Below are positions 50,901-62,200 of a DNA stretch of 64,000 nt, in pieces (the stretch's first letter is position 1; each line of letters begins with the position of its first letter). A model generated the notes under the pieces. It ran no database searches and was not told the origin of the DNA. It worked only from the letters and a program-made list of their open reading frames with translations. The stretch comes from an uncultured Holophagales bacterium (GTDB lineage: Bacteria; Acidobacteriota; Thermoanaerobaculia; Multivoradales; UBA5704): positions 160,001-224,000 of the forward strand of contig CAWJGT010000019.1 in NCBI GenBank assembly GCA_963842525.1. The letters run 5' to 3'. A program made the position numbers and the translations under genes.

Positions 50901-52795
50901 ACGGCATGCTGATGTCGCGGCACATCCGCCTGCTGGCCGCTTTCGACCATCGGCACATCTTCGTCGATCCGAGCCCCGATCCGGCGCGCAGCTTCGAGGA
51001 GAGGCAGCGCCTCTTCCATCTCCCCCGCTCCTCGTGGGCCGACTACGACGCGTCCCTGATCTCCGTGGGAGGCGGCGTCTACGAGCGCGGCGCCCGTTCC
51101 ATCCCGGTGACGCCGCAGATGGCTGGGCTCTTCGGCCTCTCGGTGGAGCAGGTCACGCCGGCCGATCTGATCCATGCCATCCTCCGCTCCCAGGTCGACC
51201 TCCTCTTCTTCGGCGGCATCGGGACGTTCGTCAAGGCGAGCACCGAGAGCCACGCCGACGCCAAGGACCGGACGAACGACGCGTTGCGCGTCGACGGCCG
51301 TGAGCTGCGCACCCGGGTGATCGGCGAGGGGGCCAACCTCGCGATGACCCAACGCGCCCGCATCGAGTACGCCCTCCACGGCGGCCCCGAGGGGTACGGC
51401 GGCCGGCTCAACACCGACTTCATCGACAACTCGGCCGGCGTGGACTGCTCGGACCACGAGGTCAACATCAAGATCCTCCTGAACGAGATTGAACGGCAGG
51501 TCGGCCTGACCCGCGAGGGGCGCAACCAGCTCCTGGTGGAGATGACCGACGAGGTCGCTGCCCTGGTGCTGCGCGACAACTATCTCCAGACGCAGGCGAT
51601 CACGGTGACGCACCAGCTCGGCTACCACCTGCTCGACCGGCATGCCCGTTTCATGCGGGCGCTCGAACGGGAGGGGCGGCTCGACCGGCGGATCGAGTTC
51701 CTGCCGGACGACGAGGAGCTGGCCGACCGCGCGCGGCTGTGCATCGGCTTCACGCGGCCGGAGCTGGCGGTGCTCCTCGCCTACGGCAAGATCGCGCTCA
51801 ACGACGAGCTCCTGAAGTCGGACCTGCCGGACGACCCGTTTATGCAGGAGGACCTGAAGCGCTACTTCCCGACCCGGCTGCGCGAGCGGTTCGCCGGCGA
51901 GATTCCGCAGCACCGCCTGCACCGGGAGATCATCGCGACATCGGTGACCAACAGCATCGTCAACCGTGCCGGCAGCGCCCTCATGCACGAGATCAGGGAG
52001 AAGACCGGCGAGGGGGCCGCCGACATCGCCCGGGCCTACGTCATCACCCGCGACGTCTTCAATCTGCGCCGGCTGTGGGCGGAGATCGAGGCGCTGGACA
52101 ACCAGGCGCCCGCGATGTCGCAGGCCGCCATGCTGACCGAGTGCGGCCGGCTGATCGACCGCGGCGCCACCTGGTTCCTGCGCTTCGGCGACAGGCCCCT
52201 CGACATCGGCTCGCAGATCGACGCGTACAGGCCGGGCGTCCAGGAGGTGGGGGAGCACCTCGAAGAGCTGCTGACATCGGCGAACCGGGCGCAGCTCACC
52301 GCCAGGGCGGCGCAGCTCGAGGGAGTGCCCGCCGGCCTGGCCGTGCGCGTCGCCTCCCTGAACTCCTGGCTGGCCGCGGCGCTGGACATGGTGCGGATCG
52401 CGCGGTCCCGGGGCCTGACGCCGCTGCCTGTGGCCCGGCTCTATTTCACCCTCGGCGACCGTTTCGGCTTCGACCGCCTGCGCGAGATGGCGGCCAAGCT
52501 GTCGACCGACAAGGCGGTCGACAAGCAGGCGGTGTCGGCCATTACCGACGACCTGTCGAGCCTGCAGGGCGAGCTCACGGCGCGGGTGCTGGCGGCGATG
52601 GCGGCGATGGACGACGGCGGTGCCTCGGCGGAGCAGGCGGAGCAGGCGGAGCAGGCGATCGCCGCCTGGGCCGAGCGGCGGCGGGGGGTCGTGAGCCGGG
52701 CCGAGCAGATCCTGGCCGATCTGCGGACCGTCGAGGTGCCCAGTCTGGCCCTGCTGGTGGTCGCCAACCGGGCGCTCAAGGCGATGGCGGAGTGA
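47915..52795 (+). CDS. Large NAD-specific glutamate dehydrogenase
   Basis: 1626 aa; HLRGGKVARGGIRWSDR, KNAVIVPVGSKGGF, VAADKGTATFSD, GDMSGDVFGNGML, GEGANL, DNSAGVDCSDHEVNIK. Confidence 0.97.
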   Translation: MVIAEDRQKTEVIDRVAERAAELAGPGRGDEARTFVRQFYEHVPPDGVEGEEPDRLAEAALSFLEFARERTPGSPKVRVFTPRREGDGRETPPTVIETVNEDMRFLVDSVAAELHTRGIEMLLVTHPILTVERDAGGRLTAVREPGEAAGAALRESWMQVRIAPQPAGRHEEIRQGIDVVLAAVRSVIDDWQAMRDRCHVIVEELERNPPLLPAGEIAEGKEFLLWLQKKSFTFLGYREYRFEGEGAGAVARVLPESGLGLLRDESFVLFDGLRNLGKLPDDIRDFLRRPVLLRSTKSNRLSPVHKPVPMDTVAVKCFDAEGRVTGERLFIGLFTAAAYAVSPRTIPLLADKIEAVLDRAGVPPDSYDGKNLRHIIETYPRDELFQISRDDLYRNAMGILHLQERQRTAVFVRRDPFRRFVACLVFLPRDRYNTGLRGRIEEILAVAFGGEAKTAQTQVTDSVLARLYIIVSRPSGRVRDVDLEEVRARVAQAVRSWADLLAEALREVDDEERRLGFFQRYAKAFPRSYQDRFSGTDAVFDVRQIEEALATDGLTQNLYRPAGREPHDLNFKIYGSIEPKPLSDILPILENMGVKVLAEMPYEVALDGVGAPVWVRELRMVSEDGMAIDLDSVREAFHETFECVWRGEVENDGFNKLVLRAGLVAREVMVLRACSKYLRQATPFSQPYMEQALACNPKIARLLLDLFLARFNPQRTGAGSAAASEDIRGEIAELLEGIKDLDEVRILGRFLNLVESMLRTNYFQAGADGRHKPYLALKLDSRKIEELPLPRPFREVFVYSPRVEAIHLRGGKVARGGIRWSDRREDFRTEVLGLLKTQMVKNAVIVPVGSKGGFVVKRPPTAGGREALQQEGIECYKTLVRGLLDLTDNLKGGKVVPPPDVVRYDDNDPYLVVAADKGTATFSDIANGISAEYGFWLDDAFASGGSAGYDHKEMAITSRGVWESVKRHFRELGKDVQTQDFTVVGIGDMSGDVFGNGMLMSRHIRLLAAFDHRHIFVDPSPDPARSFEERQRLFHLPRSSWADYDASLISVGGGVYERGARSIPVTPQMAGLFGLSVEQVTPADLIHAILRSQVDLLFFGGIGTFVKASTESHADAKDRTNDALRVDGRELRTRVIGEGANLAMTQRARIEYALHGGPEGYGGRLNTDFIDNSAGVDCSDHEVNIKILLNEIERQVGLTREGRNQLLVEMTDEVAALVLRDNYLQTQAITVTHQLGYHLLDRHARFMRALEREGRLDRRIEFLPDDEELADRARLCIGFTRPELAVLLAYGKIALNDELLKSDLPDDPFMQEDLKRYFPTRLRERFAGEIPQHRLHREIIATSVTNSIVNRAGSALMHEIREKTGEGAADIARAYVITRDVFNLRRLWAEIEALDNQAPAMSQAAMLTECGRLIDRGATWFLRFGDRPLDIGSQIDAYRPGVQEVGEHLEELLTSANRAQLTARAAQLEGVPAGLAVRVASLNSWLAAALDMVRIARSRGLTPLPVARLYFTLGDRFGFDRLREMAAKLSTDKAVDKQAVSAITDDLSSLQGELTARVLAAMAAMDDGGASAEQAEQAEQAIAAWAERRRGVVSRAEQILADLRTVEVPSLALLVVANRALKAMAE

Positions 52796-53367
52796 GGCCG
52801 GTCGCAGCGGAGCCGGCCGTCTTCCCCTTCCGGCCCTGGGTCCGCAGCACGAGCCGGAGGGCGATGCTCTGGGGGGTGGGAGTGGTGGCCGTGATCGGCG
52901 TGGCGTCCTGGTGGCTCTACGGCGGGGAGAGCCGTGCCTGGGGGCGGGCCTTCGGGGTGCTGCTGGCCTACAGCCTGCTCTTCTTGGCCAGCCTGCTCAA
53001 GATCTGGTGGACGGCGGGGCGGCCGGCGGTGCTGCTGGAGCCCGCCGCCTTCGCCTGGCAGCCGCTCCATACCTTCCGGCCCCGCCGCATCCCCTTCTCC
53101 CGGGTGCTCGCCTGCAACCCGCGGGCGGGCACCGAGGCTCTGCGCTTCGTGGTGGAGGAGGGGCGCGTGGCCCGCGAGCTGTTCCTGAACCTCGCCGTGG
53201 TCAAGGGGCAGCACCGTTTCCTCGAGCTCCTCGAAGAGAGCCTGCGGGCCGCCGGCCTGGAGCCCGTTCCCGGCCGGGAGCACGTCTGGCGGCGTCCCGG
53301 CTGGAGCGATCCGACCGATCCGAGTCATCCGAACGAGCAGATGGTGGAATCCCTGCGGACGGGGTAG
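52792..53367 (+). CDS. Hypothetical two-TM membrane protein
   Basis: GTG overlapping the GDH stop; two TM segments then a small soluble domain. Confidence 0.6.
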   Translation: MRPVAAEPAVFPFRPWVRSTSRRAMLWGVGVVAVIGVASWWLYGGESRAWGRAFGVLLAYSLLFLASLLKIWWTAGRPAVLLEPAAFAWQPLHTFRPRRIPFSRVLACNPRAGTEALRFVVEEGRVARELFLNLAVVKGQHRFLELLEESLRAAGLEPVPGREHVWRRPGWSDPTDPSHPNEQMVESLRTG

Positions 53368-53585
53368 AATCGCCCGCCCTCCAGGGAGTGTCCCGAAATC
53401 GCATCGACGGACACCTATGGAGGAGAGGTGAGGCTGCCTCGCGCGCCAGGGCAGCTCTGTATTCGTCCCGAGGATCTCGCCGGGCAGGCGGCATGCGGCC
53501 GAGCAGAACCCGCGTAGCGCCGCCGGAGAGCGCAGCCGCGCAACGAGGGCTTATGACCACCCGGGCTCGCCCGGGGGAGGAATTC

Positions 53586-56054
53586 ATGTCGACGATCGCA
53601 CGAACCGTGAGCTCCCTTCGCCCGATCGCCTTCGGGCTCGCCGCCCTGCTGGCGAGCGCACTGCCATCCCTCAGCCAACAGTTGGAGCAGCCGCCGGCCG
53701 AGCCGGTCCCGGCGGCTCCCGAGAGCGAAGCCCCGGCGGCGCAGCAGTCCCCCGCGGCCCGCCCGGTCGACGAGCAGCCTCCTCCCGAGCAGCCGGAGCA
53801 GGACATCCAGAGGCCCCCCGCGGGCCAGCAGCCGCCCGCGGAGACGCCGCAGGGACCGCCGCCCGGCGCGGGGCAACCTCCTCCCGGGGCTCCTCCCGGG
53901 GGCCCTCCCGGAGCGCGCCCCGGCCAGCGGCCTCCCGGGCCGCCGCTGCCGCCGCGGCCCAAGGTGGCGGCGCTCCACATCTCCGAGCCGATCCGTGTCG
54001 ACGGCGTGCTCGACGACGCGGCCTGGCAGCAGGCCGAGCCCGCCAAGAACTTCGTGCAGCGCGAGCCGGTTCCGTTCGCTCCGGCCACCGAGGACACCGA
54101 GGTGCGCGTCGCCTTCACCAACAGCACTCTCTATGTCGCCGTCCGCGCCCTTTCCTCCAAGCCCGAGGCGGTGGTGGCCGACGAGATGCTGCGCGACGGC
54201 GCGCTCTTCCGCGACGACTCGGTGATCATCTTCTTCGACACCTTCAACGACAATCGCAACGCCTTCTGGTTCGAGACCAACGCCAACGGCGCGCGCACCG
54301 ACGCCCTGGTCACCGACGAGGGGCGCGACTTCAACGTGCAGTGGGACGGCGTGTGGGACGTGTCGGCGCGGCGCAACTCCGAGGGCTGGGCGGCCGAGCT
54401 GGCGATCCCGTTCTCGACCCTGCGGTTCGATCCCAACCAGGATACCTGGGGTTTCCAGGTCCGCCGCCTGATCCGCCACAAGAGCGAAGAGGTCTACTGG
54501 GCGTCGATGCCGATCCAGGCCAACCTGTTCCGCGTCTCCCTGGCCGGCGACCTGACCGGCATCCGCGGCCCGGAGCCGGGGCTCAACCTCCGCGTCAAGC
54601 CGTTCGGCATCGGCAAGCAGGCCGAGGTCCCCGTGGGCGGCGGCCGCACGGAGACCGACGAGGACTTCGACGCCGGCATCGACGCCAAGTGGGGGCTCAC
54701 CCGGACGCTGACCCTCGACCTGACCTACAACACCGATTTCGCCGAGACCGAGGTCGACGACCAGCAGATCAACCTGACCCGGTTCGGCCTCTTTTTCCCC
54801 GAGAAGCGCGAGTTCTTTCTGGAGAACGCGGGCATCTTCGAGTTCGGCTTCAACCCGCCGGGCACGCCGCTGCTCAAGCCGTTCTTCTCGCGGAGCCTGG
54901 GGATCGGTCCCTTTGGCGTGGTGGTGCCCATCGACTGGGGCGCCCGGCTGACCGGCCGCGCGGGCCCGTGGAGCATCGGCCTGGTCGACGTGCAGACCGA
55001 GGAGACGCCGATCACCCCCTTCTTCGAGCTGCCCCAGAACAACTGGGGTGCCTTGCGGGTCAAGCGCAACGTCGGCCGGCGCTCGACGCTGGGCATGATC
55101 GCCACCAACCGCGAGGCCGCCGGCGAAGACTACAACCGGGTCTTCGGCTTCGACACCGAGATCCGTCCGACCCAGCGCACGGGATTGAGCGGCTTCTACA
55201 CCCAGAGCGACGGCCCGGGCTCCACCGACGGCGATGAGTGGGCGGGAGGCGCGCGGGCCTTCTATCAGAGCAACATCATGTTTTTGGGGCTGGACGCCGT
55301 GCAGATCGGGGAGGCGTACAACCCCGAGGTCGGATTCCTGCTGCGCAACGCCATCCGCCGCTACGTACCCCGGTTCAGCTACGATCCGCGCCCGAACAAG
55401 AAGGGCATCCTCAGCTTCCACTTCGGCGGCATCGCCGACGTGACCACGGACCTGGACGACCGGACCGAGTCGCGCTACCTGGCGGCGGACGTCTTCGGCC
55501 TCCGCACGTTGCGCGAGGACCAGTTCACGCTCACGGTCGAAAACAGCTTCGAGCGGCTTCCCGGGCCGTTCCCGATCAGCCCCGGCGTGGTCATCCCGGC
55601 GGGGGACTACGACTGGGACAACGTTTCCCTCGGCTTCTCCACCAACAACAGCCGGCGTCTGGCCCTGAACGGGGGCGTGCAGGTCGGCGAGTTCTACGAC
55701 GGCGACACGGTGAACGGCTCCCTCGTCCTCGGCATCCGCGCCAATCGCCATCTGCGCACGGACACCATCTGGGTCCATGCCGACGTCAACCTGCCGCAGG
55801 GCGACTTCACCACCAACGTCATCCGCCAGCGGATCGGCGTCTCGATCACACCGAACCTTTCGACCAACACGTATGTGCAGTACAACGACGCGGCCGAGCT
55901 GCTGTCGCTCAACCTGCGGTTCAACTGGATCTACCGGCCAGGCTCCGATATCTTCCTGATCTTCAACGAGAACTGGAACGCTCCCGGCCTGGACGACCTC
56001 TCCTCGCGGGACCGGGCGGTCACCTTGAAGATGACCTACCTCTTCGAATTCTAG
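53586..56054 (+). CDS. DUF5916 / CBM9-like domain protein (probable outer-membrane beta-barrel)
   Basis: Signal peptide, Pro/Gln linker, IRVDGVLDDAAW, NTDFAETEVD..INLTRF..FFPEKREFFLE, C-terminal aromatic strand YLFEF. Confidence 0.85.
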   Translation: MSTIARTVSSLRPIAFGLAALLASALPSLSQQLEQPPAEPVPAAPESEAPAAQQSPAARPVDEQPPPEQPEQDIQRPPAGQQPPAETPQGPPPGAGQPPPGAPPGGPPGARPGQRPPGPPLPPRPKVAALHISEPIRVDGVLDDAAWQQAEPAKNFVQREPVPFAPATEDTEVRVAFTNSTLYVAVRALSSKPEAVVADEMLRDGALFRDDSVIIFFDTFNDNRNAFWFETNANGARTDALVTDEGRDFNVQWDGVWDVSARRNSEGWAAELAIPFSTLRFDPNQDTWGFQVRRLIRHKSEEVYWASMPIQANLFRVSLAGDLTGIRGPEPGLNLRVKPFGIGKQAEVPVGGGRTETDEDFDAGIDAKWGLTRTLTLDLTYNTDFAETEVDDQQINLTRFGLFFPEKREFFLENAGIFEFGFNPPGTPLLKPFFSRSLGIGPFGVVVPIDWGARLTGRAGPWSIGLVDVQTEETPITPFFELPQNNWGALRVKRNVGRRSTLGMIATNREAAGEDYNRVFGFDTEIRPTQRTGLSGFYTQSDGPGSTDGDEWAGGARAFYQSNIMFLGLDAVQIGEAYNPEVGFLLRNAIRRYVPRFSYDPRPNKKGILSFHFGGIADVTTDLDDRTESRYLAADVFGLRTLREDQFTLTVENSFERLPGPFPISPGVVIPAGDYDWDNVSLGFSTNNSRRLALNGGVQVGEFYDGDTVNGSLVLGIRANRHLRTDTIWVHADVNLPQGDFTTNVIRQRIGVSITPNLSTNTYVQYNDAAELLSLNLRFNWIYRPGSDIFLIFNENWNAPGLDDLSSRDRAVTLKMTYLFEF

Positions 56055-56065
56055 AAGGACTGATA

Positions 56066-56093
56066 GGGGGGAACCGGTGACCCGGTTTCCCCC
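56066..56093 (+). terminator. GC-rich hairpin after the DUF5916 gene
   Basis: GGGGGGAACCGG-TGAC-CCGGTTTCCCCC; weak U tract. Confidence 0.5.
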
Positions 56094-56221
56094 ATTTCCG
56101 GCACTCCTGCATCAGACGGCCGAGGTCGTGTCCCGGAGCACAGACCGCCGGCGGCGTTCTTAGCGTTTTCAGCTCTCTCCTCGCCGCCGTTCCAATCCCC
56201 AGACCTCCCAGGAGGGCCGGC

Positions 56222-59200
56222 ATGGTTGAGAAGTCCAGGATCCTGGCGGACCTGTCCGCCGACCAGCGGCATGCGTTGCTCGAGCGCCTCCGGGAGAAGA
56301 AGCTCGCGCAGCGCGGCCCGGGGATCCGGCCGCGGCCAGTCGGTCTGCACCCTCTGCCCCTGGCCTTCGCCCAGGAGCGCCTCTGGTTCCTCGACCAGCT
56401 CGAGAAGGGGTCCGCCGCCTACAACCTCCTGTTCGGCGTGCGCTTGACCGGCCGTCTCGACCGCCGCGCGCTGCGGCGGACGCTCGCCGAGCTGGTACGC
56501 CGGCACGAGTCGCTGCGCACCACCTTCGGCCAGCGGGAGGGCAGGCCCTTCCAGGCGGTCGCGCCGCCGGCCGCGCCGCCGCTGCCGTGGATCGACCTCA
56601 GCGGCGTGCCCGCGTCCGCGGGGGAGGCGGAGCTGCTGCGCGTCCTGCGCGACGAGGCGGCGTATCCCTACGACCTGGAGTGCGGCCCGCTGCTGCGCTG
56701 CAAGCTCCTGCGCTTCCGCCCGGACGACCACGCGCTCGCCGTGGCGATGCACCACATCATCTCCGACGGCTGGTCGATGGCGGTCTTCCTGCGCGAGATG
56801 TCGGACCTGTACACCGCCTTTGCCGCCGGCCGGCCGTCGCCGCTGCCCGAGCCGGAGATCCAGTACGCCGACTTCGCGGTCTGGCAGCGGGAGCACCTGA
56901 GCGGCGCGACTCTCGAGACCGAGCTCGCCTGGTGGCGGGAGAGGCTGGCTGGCCTGCCTGTCCTCGAGCTGCCCACCGACCGGCCGCGGCCGGCCCGGCA
57001 GAGCCAGCGCGGCGCCGAGGCCCGGCTGACCCTCGACGCTGCCGTCGCCGGCCGCGTCCACGAGCTGGGGCACCGCGAGGGGGCCACCCCCTTCATGGTC
57101 CTGCTCGCCGTCTGGAAGGCGCTGCTTTTCCGCTCTACAGGGCAGATCGACTTCGCGGTGGGCTCCCCGGTGGCCAACCGCGAGCACGCGGAGGTTGCGG
57201 GCCTGATCGGTTTCTTCGTCAATACCCTGGTGCTGCGCACCGACCTGGCGGGCGGTCCGGGGTTCCGCGAGCTGCTCGGCCGGGTCCGCAGGACGTCGAT
57301 CGCCGCCTACGACCATACGGCGCTGCCGTTCGAGAAGCTGGTCGAGCATCTGCAGCCCGAGCGCTCCGGGGGCAACCCGCTCTTCCAGGTGCTCTGCCAC
57401 ATGCAGAACCAACCCTGGCCGGAGCTGCGGATCGGCGACGTCCGGCTCGCGATCCTCGACCTCGGGACCCAGGTCGCGAAGCTCGACCTGAGCCTGGGCT
57501 GGAGAGAGGAGGACGGGCGGCTCGAAGGCCGGCTGGAGTACGCCACCGACCTCTACGAAACCGCGAGCGTCGAACGTATGCTGCACTGCTACGGGACCCT
57601 CCTCGACGGCGCGCTGGACGACCTGGAGCGGGACGTCACGGAGCTGCCGCTGCTCGACGAGGCCGAGCGGCAGCAGCTCCTCCGCGAGGCGACAGGGCCG
57701 GCGCATGCCCGGCATGCCGGGCAGGACCGGATCGAGGGCCGCTGCATCCACCACCGGATCGAGGAGCACGCGGCGCGGACCCCGGAGGCGCCGGCGGTCG
57801 AGGGCCTGACCTACCGGGAGCTCAACGAACGCGCCAACCGGCTGGCGTGGTGGCTGCGCGCCCAGGGGATCGGCCTCGAGGCGCGGGTCGGCGTGCTCTT
57901 CGAGCGCTCGCCGGAGATGGTGGTGGCGGCGCTCGGGGTGCTCAAGGCCGGGGCAGCCTATGTGCCGCTCGACCCTTCCTATCCGGCGGAGCGCCTCGCT
58001 TTCCTCGCCACCGATTCGCAGGCACGTCTGGGGTCGACGGACAGGCCGGTGATCGTGACGCGCGAGGGGCTGGCCGGTCTTCTGCCGGAAGACCTCGCGC
58101 GCCGGGCGCGGATCGTCCGCCTGGACGCCGATGCCGCCAACGCCGCAGATACCGCGGAGCTGGCCCGGCAGCCTCCCGGCAATCCGCCGCCCCGGGCCAC
58201 GCCGGGCAATCTGGCCTACGTCGTCTACACTTCGGGCTCGACCGGCCAACCCAAGGGCGCGGCGGTTCCGCATGCCGCCCTCTCCCGCCTGGTGGACTGG
58301 TACGCGCAGGCGTTCGGCGCGACGCCGGCCGACCGCGCGAGCTGGATCGCGAGCCCGGCGTTCGACCCCGCGGTGCGGGAGGTCTGGTCGTGCCTCGCCT
58401 GCGGCGCCTGGCTGCGCATCCCGGACGAAGGCGTGCGCTCCGAGCCCGCGCGGCTGGCGGCCTGGCTGGCGGACGAGGGGATCACCCTCACCTACATGCC
58501 GGCGCCGCTCGCCCAGGCGGCGCTGCCCGGCCCCTGGCCGGAGGACCTGCGGTTGCGGGTCTTCACCGTGGGCGGCGACCGCCTGGTCCGCCGCCCGCCG
58601 GCCGGGGCGCCGTTCCAGGTCTACAACCTCTATGGGCCGGCCGAGTGCACCGTGAACGCGACCTGCGGCCGGGTCGAGCCGCACGGGACGGACCTGCCGT
58701 CTCTGGGCGCTCCGATCGCCGGAGCGCGGGTTTACGTGGTGGATCCCTGGGGGGGCCTCACGCCGGCCGGCGTGCCCGGCGAGATCTGGATCGGCGGCTG
58801 GGGAGTCGGCCGCGGCTACCTGGACCGGCCGTCCTGGACGGCCGAACGCTTCGTGCCTGACGCGTTCGGTACTGCCGGAGACACCGCCGGGGAGCGGCTC
58901 TACCGCACCGGCGACCTGGGGCGGCGCCGGCCGGGCGGACCGCTGGAATTCCTCGGCCGCATCGACCATCAGGTGAAAGTCCGCGGCGTCCGGATCGAGC
59001 TGGGCGAGGTCGAGGCGGCCCTGCACGCGCACCCGGGGGTTGCCGCCTGCGCGGTGCTTGTGCGAGACACGTCCCTGGTCGCCTACCTGGTGCCGGCCGA
59101 TGGCGCCGGGCCCAACTCCGCCGATCTCCGCCGTCATCTTGCGAGGCGGCTGCCGGCGGCCATGGTGCCTGCGGCGTTCGTGGTGCTCGATGCCCTGCCG

Positions 59201-62200
59201 CTCAACCCCAACGGCAAGGTGGACCGCCGCGCCCTGGCGCGGCTGGAGCCGCCGGCCGGCGAGGCGCACGCCGCCGCGGGCGCGCACGTGCCGCCGCGCA
59301 CCGCCACCGAGGAGATCCTGGCCGCGGTCTGGGCGGACCTTCTGGGGGTCGAGCGCGTGGGCGCCCACGACGATTTCTTCGCCCTGGGCGGCCACTCCCT
59401 GCTCGGCATCCAGGTCCTGTCGCGCCTGCGCACCCTGTTCGGGGTCGAGCTGCCGGTGCGCGCCCTGTTCGAGGAGCCGGCGCTCGCCGGCTTTGCCGCC
59501 CGGATGGACGCGGTGTTGGCAGGGTTGCACGAGAGCGCCGTCCCCGCGGCAGCCCCTCTTGAGCGGGTGGCCCGGGAGGGACGGCTGCCGCTCTCCTTCG
59601 CCCAGGAGCGGCTCTGGTTCCTCGAGCGGCTCGAGCCGGGCACGGCCTTCTACAACGTCCCCTCCGCCACTCGCTTCCGTGGGCCCCTGGAGGTCGACGT
59701 CCTGCGCCGCGGCTTCGCGGAGCTGGTGTGGCGGCACGAGGCGCTGCGCACCACCTTCGACGAGGAGAACGGCCGGCCCTTCCAGGTCATCGCTCCCGCC
59801 GTTGCCGCCGAGATGCCGTTGATCGACCTGTCGGCTCTACCCGGCCCGCTGTTCGACGCCGAGCTGCTGCGCCAGGCCACCGCCGAGGCGCGGCGCCCGT
59901 TCGACCTGCGGCGCGGTCCGCTCGTCCGCACGTCCCTCTTCCGGCTGGCGCCCCAGGACCACGTCCTGGTGTCGACCCTGCACCACATCGTCTCCGACGG
60001 CTGGTCCATGACCGTCCTGATCCGTGAGATGGCGGCGCTCTACGAGGCCTTCTGCGACGGGCGCCCGTCCCCCCTGCCGGAGCTGCCTGTCCAGTACGCC
60101 GACTACGCCCTCTGGCAACGCGGCTGGCTCCAGGGTGCGGTGCTCGCGGCCGAGATCGAGTGGTGGCGCGCGCGCCTGGCCGGCGTGCCGGCGCTCCAGC
60201 TCCCCACCGACCGGCCGCGCCTGCCGGTCGAGACCTTCCGCGGCCGGCAGCGGCCCGCCGGGATCTCGGCCGAGATGACCGGCGCTCTCCACGAGCTGAG
60301 CCGGCGCGAGGGGGTCACGCTCTTCATGACGCTGCTCGCCGCCTTCCAGACGATGCTCCTGCGCTATAGCGGGCAGACCGACCTGGCGGTGGGCTCGCCG
60401 ATCGCCAACCGCAACCGCAGCGAGACCGAAGGGGTGATCGGCTTCTTCGTCAACACCCTGGTCCTGCGCACCGACCTGTCCTGCGATCCGACCTTCCGTA
60501 AGCTGCTGGCGCGAGTGCGCGAGGTGGCCCTTGGGGCCTACGCGCACGAGAACCTCCCCTTCGAGAAGATCGTCCTGGAGCTCCAGCCGGAGCGCGACAC
60601 GAGCCGCAACCCCCTTTTCCAGGTGATGTGCGTGCTGCAGAATCAGCCCTGGAAAGCGGTGAGGCTGCGGGACCTGGAAATCTCGGGGCTCAGCCTCGAC
60701 ACGGCGACGGCCAAGCTCGACCTGACCCTCTCCTGGAGCACGGCGGGGGACGCTCTCGGCGCTCTCCTGGAGCACAACACCGACCTGTTCGACGATGCCA
60801 CGGCGTGGCGGATGTACGCGTGCTGCGTGGCCGTCCTGCGCGCCGGCGTGGAGGACCCGGACTGCCGGCTCGGCGCCCTGCCCCTCCTCGGCGAGGCCGA
60901 GCGGCGCCAGCTCCTCGCCGAGGCGGCCGGACCGCCCTGTGCCTGGGACGGCCGGTGCGTCCACTACCGGATGGAAGAGCAGGCGGCGCGCTTCCCCGAG
61001 GCTCCGGCGGTGGACGGCCTGACCTACGGAGAGCTCAACGCGCGGGCCAACCGGCTGGCCTGGTGGCTGCGCGCGCAGGGGGCCGGTCCCGAGATGAGGG
61101 TGGCCGTGCTCCTGGAGCGTTCTCCGGCCATGGTGGTGGCCTGGCTGGGCGTGCTCAAGGCGGGCGCGGCGTACGTGCCGCTCGACCCCTTCTATCCGGC
61201 GGACCGCCTCGCCTGGTTCCTCGCCGACTCGCAGGCAGGGGTTGCACGGCCGCTGGTGGTGACCCGCGAGGGGCTGGCCGGGCTCCTGCCCGCCCTGCAG
61301 GAACTGCCGGAAGACACCGTGGGCCGGGCTTGTATCCTCCGCCTGGACGCCGACGCGGACGAGCTGACCCGGTACGGCCCCGGCAACCCTCCGGCCCTGG
61401 CGATGCCGGAAAACCTGGCCTACGTCATCTACACCTCCGGCTCGACCGGCCGGCCGAAGGGCGTGGCCGTCGCCCATTCGACCGTCTCGCGCATGGCCGA
61501 CTGGCACCGCGAGGCGTTCGGCGTCACCCCGGCCGATGTGGCAACCCAGGTCACCAGCCCGGCGTTCGATCCGGCGGTCTGGGAGATCTGGTCCTGCCTG
61601 TGCTGCGGCGCCTCGCTGCGCGTGCCGGACGACGACGTGCGCGCCGCCCCCGCGCGGCTGATCGCCTGGATGGCCGACCAGGGGATCACCTTCGGCTACA
61701 TGCCGACGCCGCTCGCCGAGGCGGCCTTCGCCGTCCAGCCCTGGCCGGCGCACCTGCGCCTGCGGGTCTTCGTGCTCGGCGGCGACCGCCTGCACCGGCG
61801 CCCCGCCGCGGACGTGCCGTTCGCCGTGTACAGCCTCTACGGCGTGACCGAAGGCACGGTGAATTCGGCCGGCGGGCGCGTCGCGCCGCATGGCAGGGAG
61901 CTGCCGTCCATCGGCCGTCCGATCGCGGGGGTGCGGATCCACCTGCTGGACTCGCGGGGGGAGCTGGTCCCTGCCGGCGTGCCCGGCGAGGTCTGGATCG
62001 GCGGCGGGCTCGCGCGCGGCTATCTCGGCCGGCCGGACTGGACCGCCGAGCGCTTCCTGCCGGACCCGTTCAGTGGAGAGCCCGGAGAGCGGCTCTACCG
62101 CACGGGCGACCTGGCGCGGCAGCGGCCGGGCGGGGACCTCGACTTCCTCGGCCGGATCGATCACCAGGTCAAGGTCCGCGGCCTGCGCATCGAGCCGGGG

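Noticed and set aside
47684-52258. 1524-aa minus-strand ORF and other long antisense ORFs (21016-25044, 56051-59737, 13659-16304, 69-1133)
   Set aside because: Shadow frames of high-GC genes with no recognisable motifs.
52631-52657. 9-bp coding triplications (GAGCAGGCG in GDH; GCGGCATCG at ~62708 in the NRPS linker)
   Set aside because: Ordinary in-frame slippage in flexible linkers.
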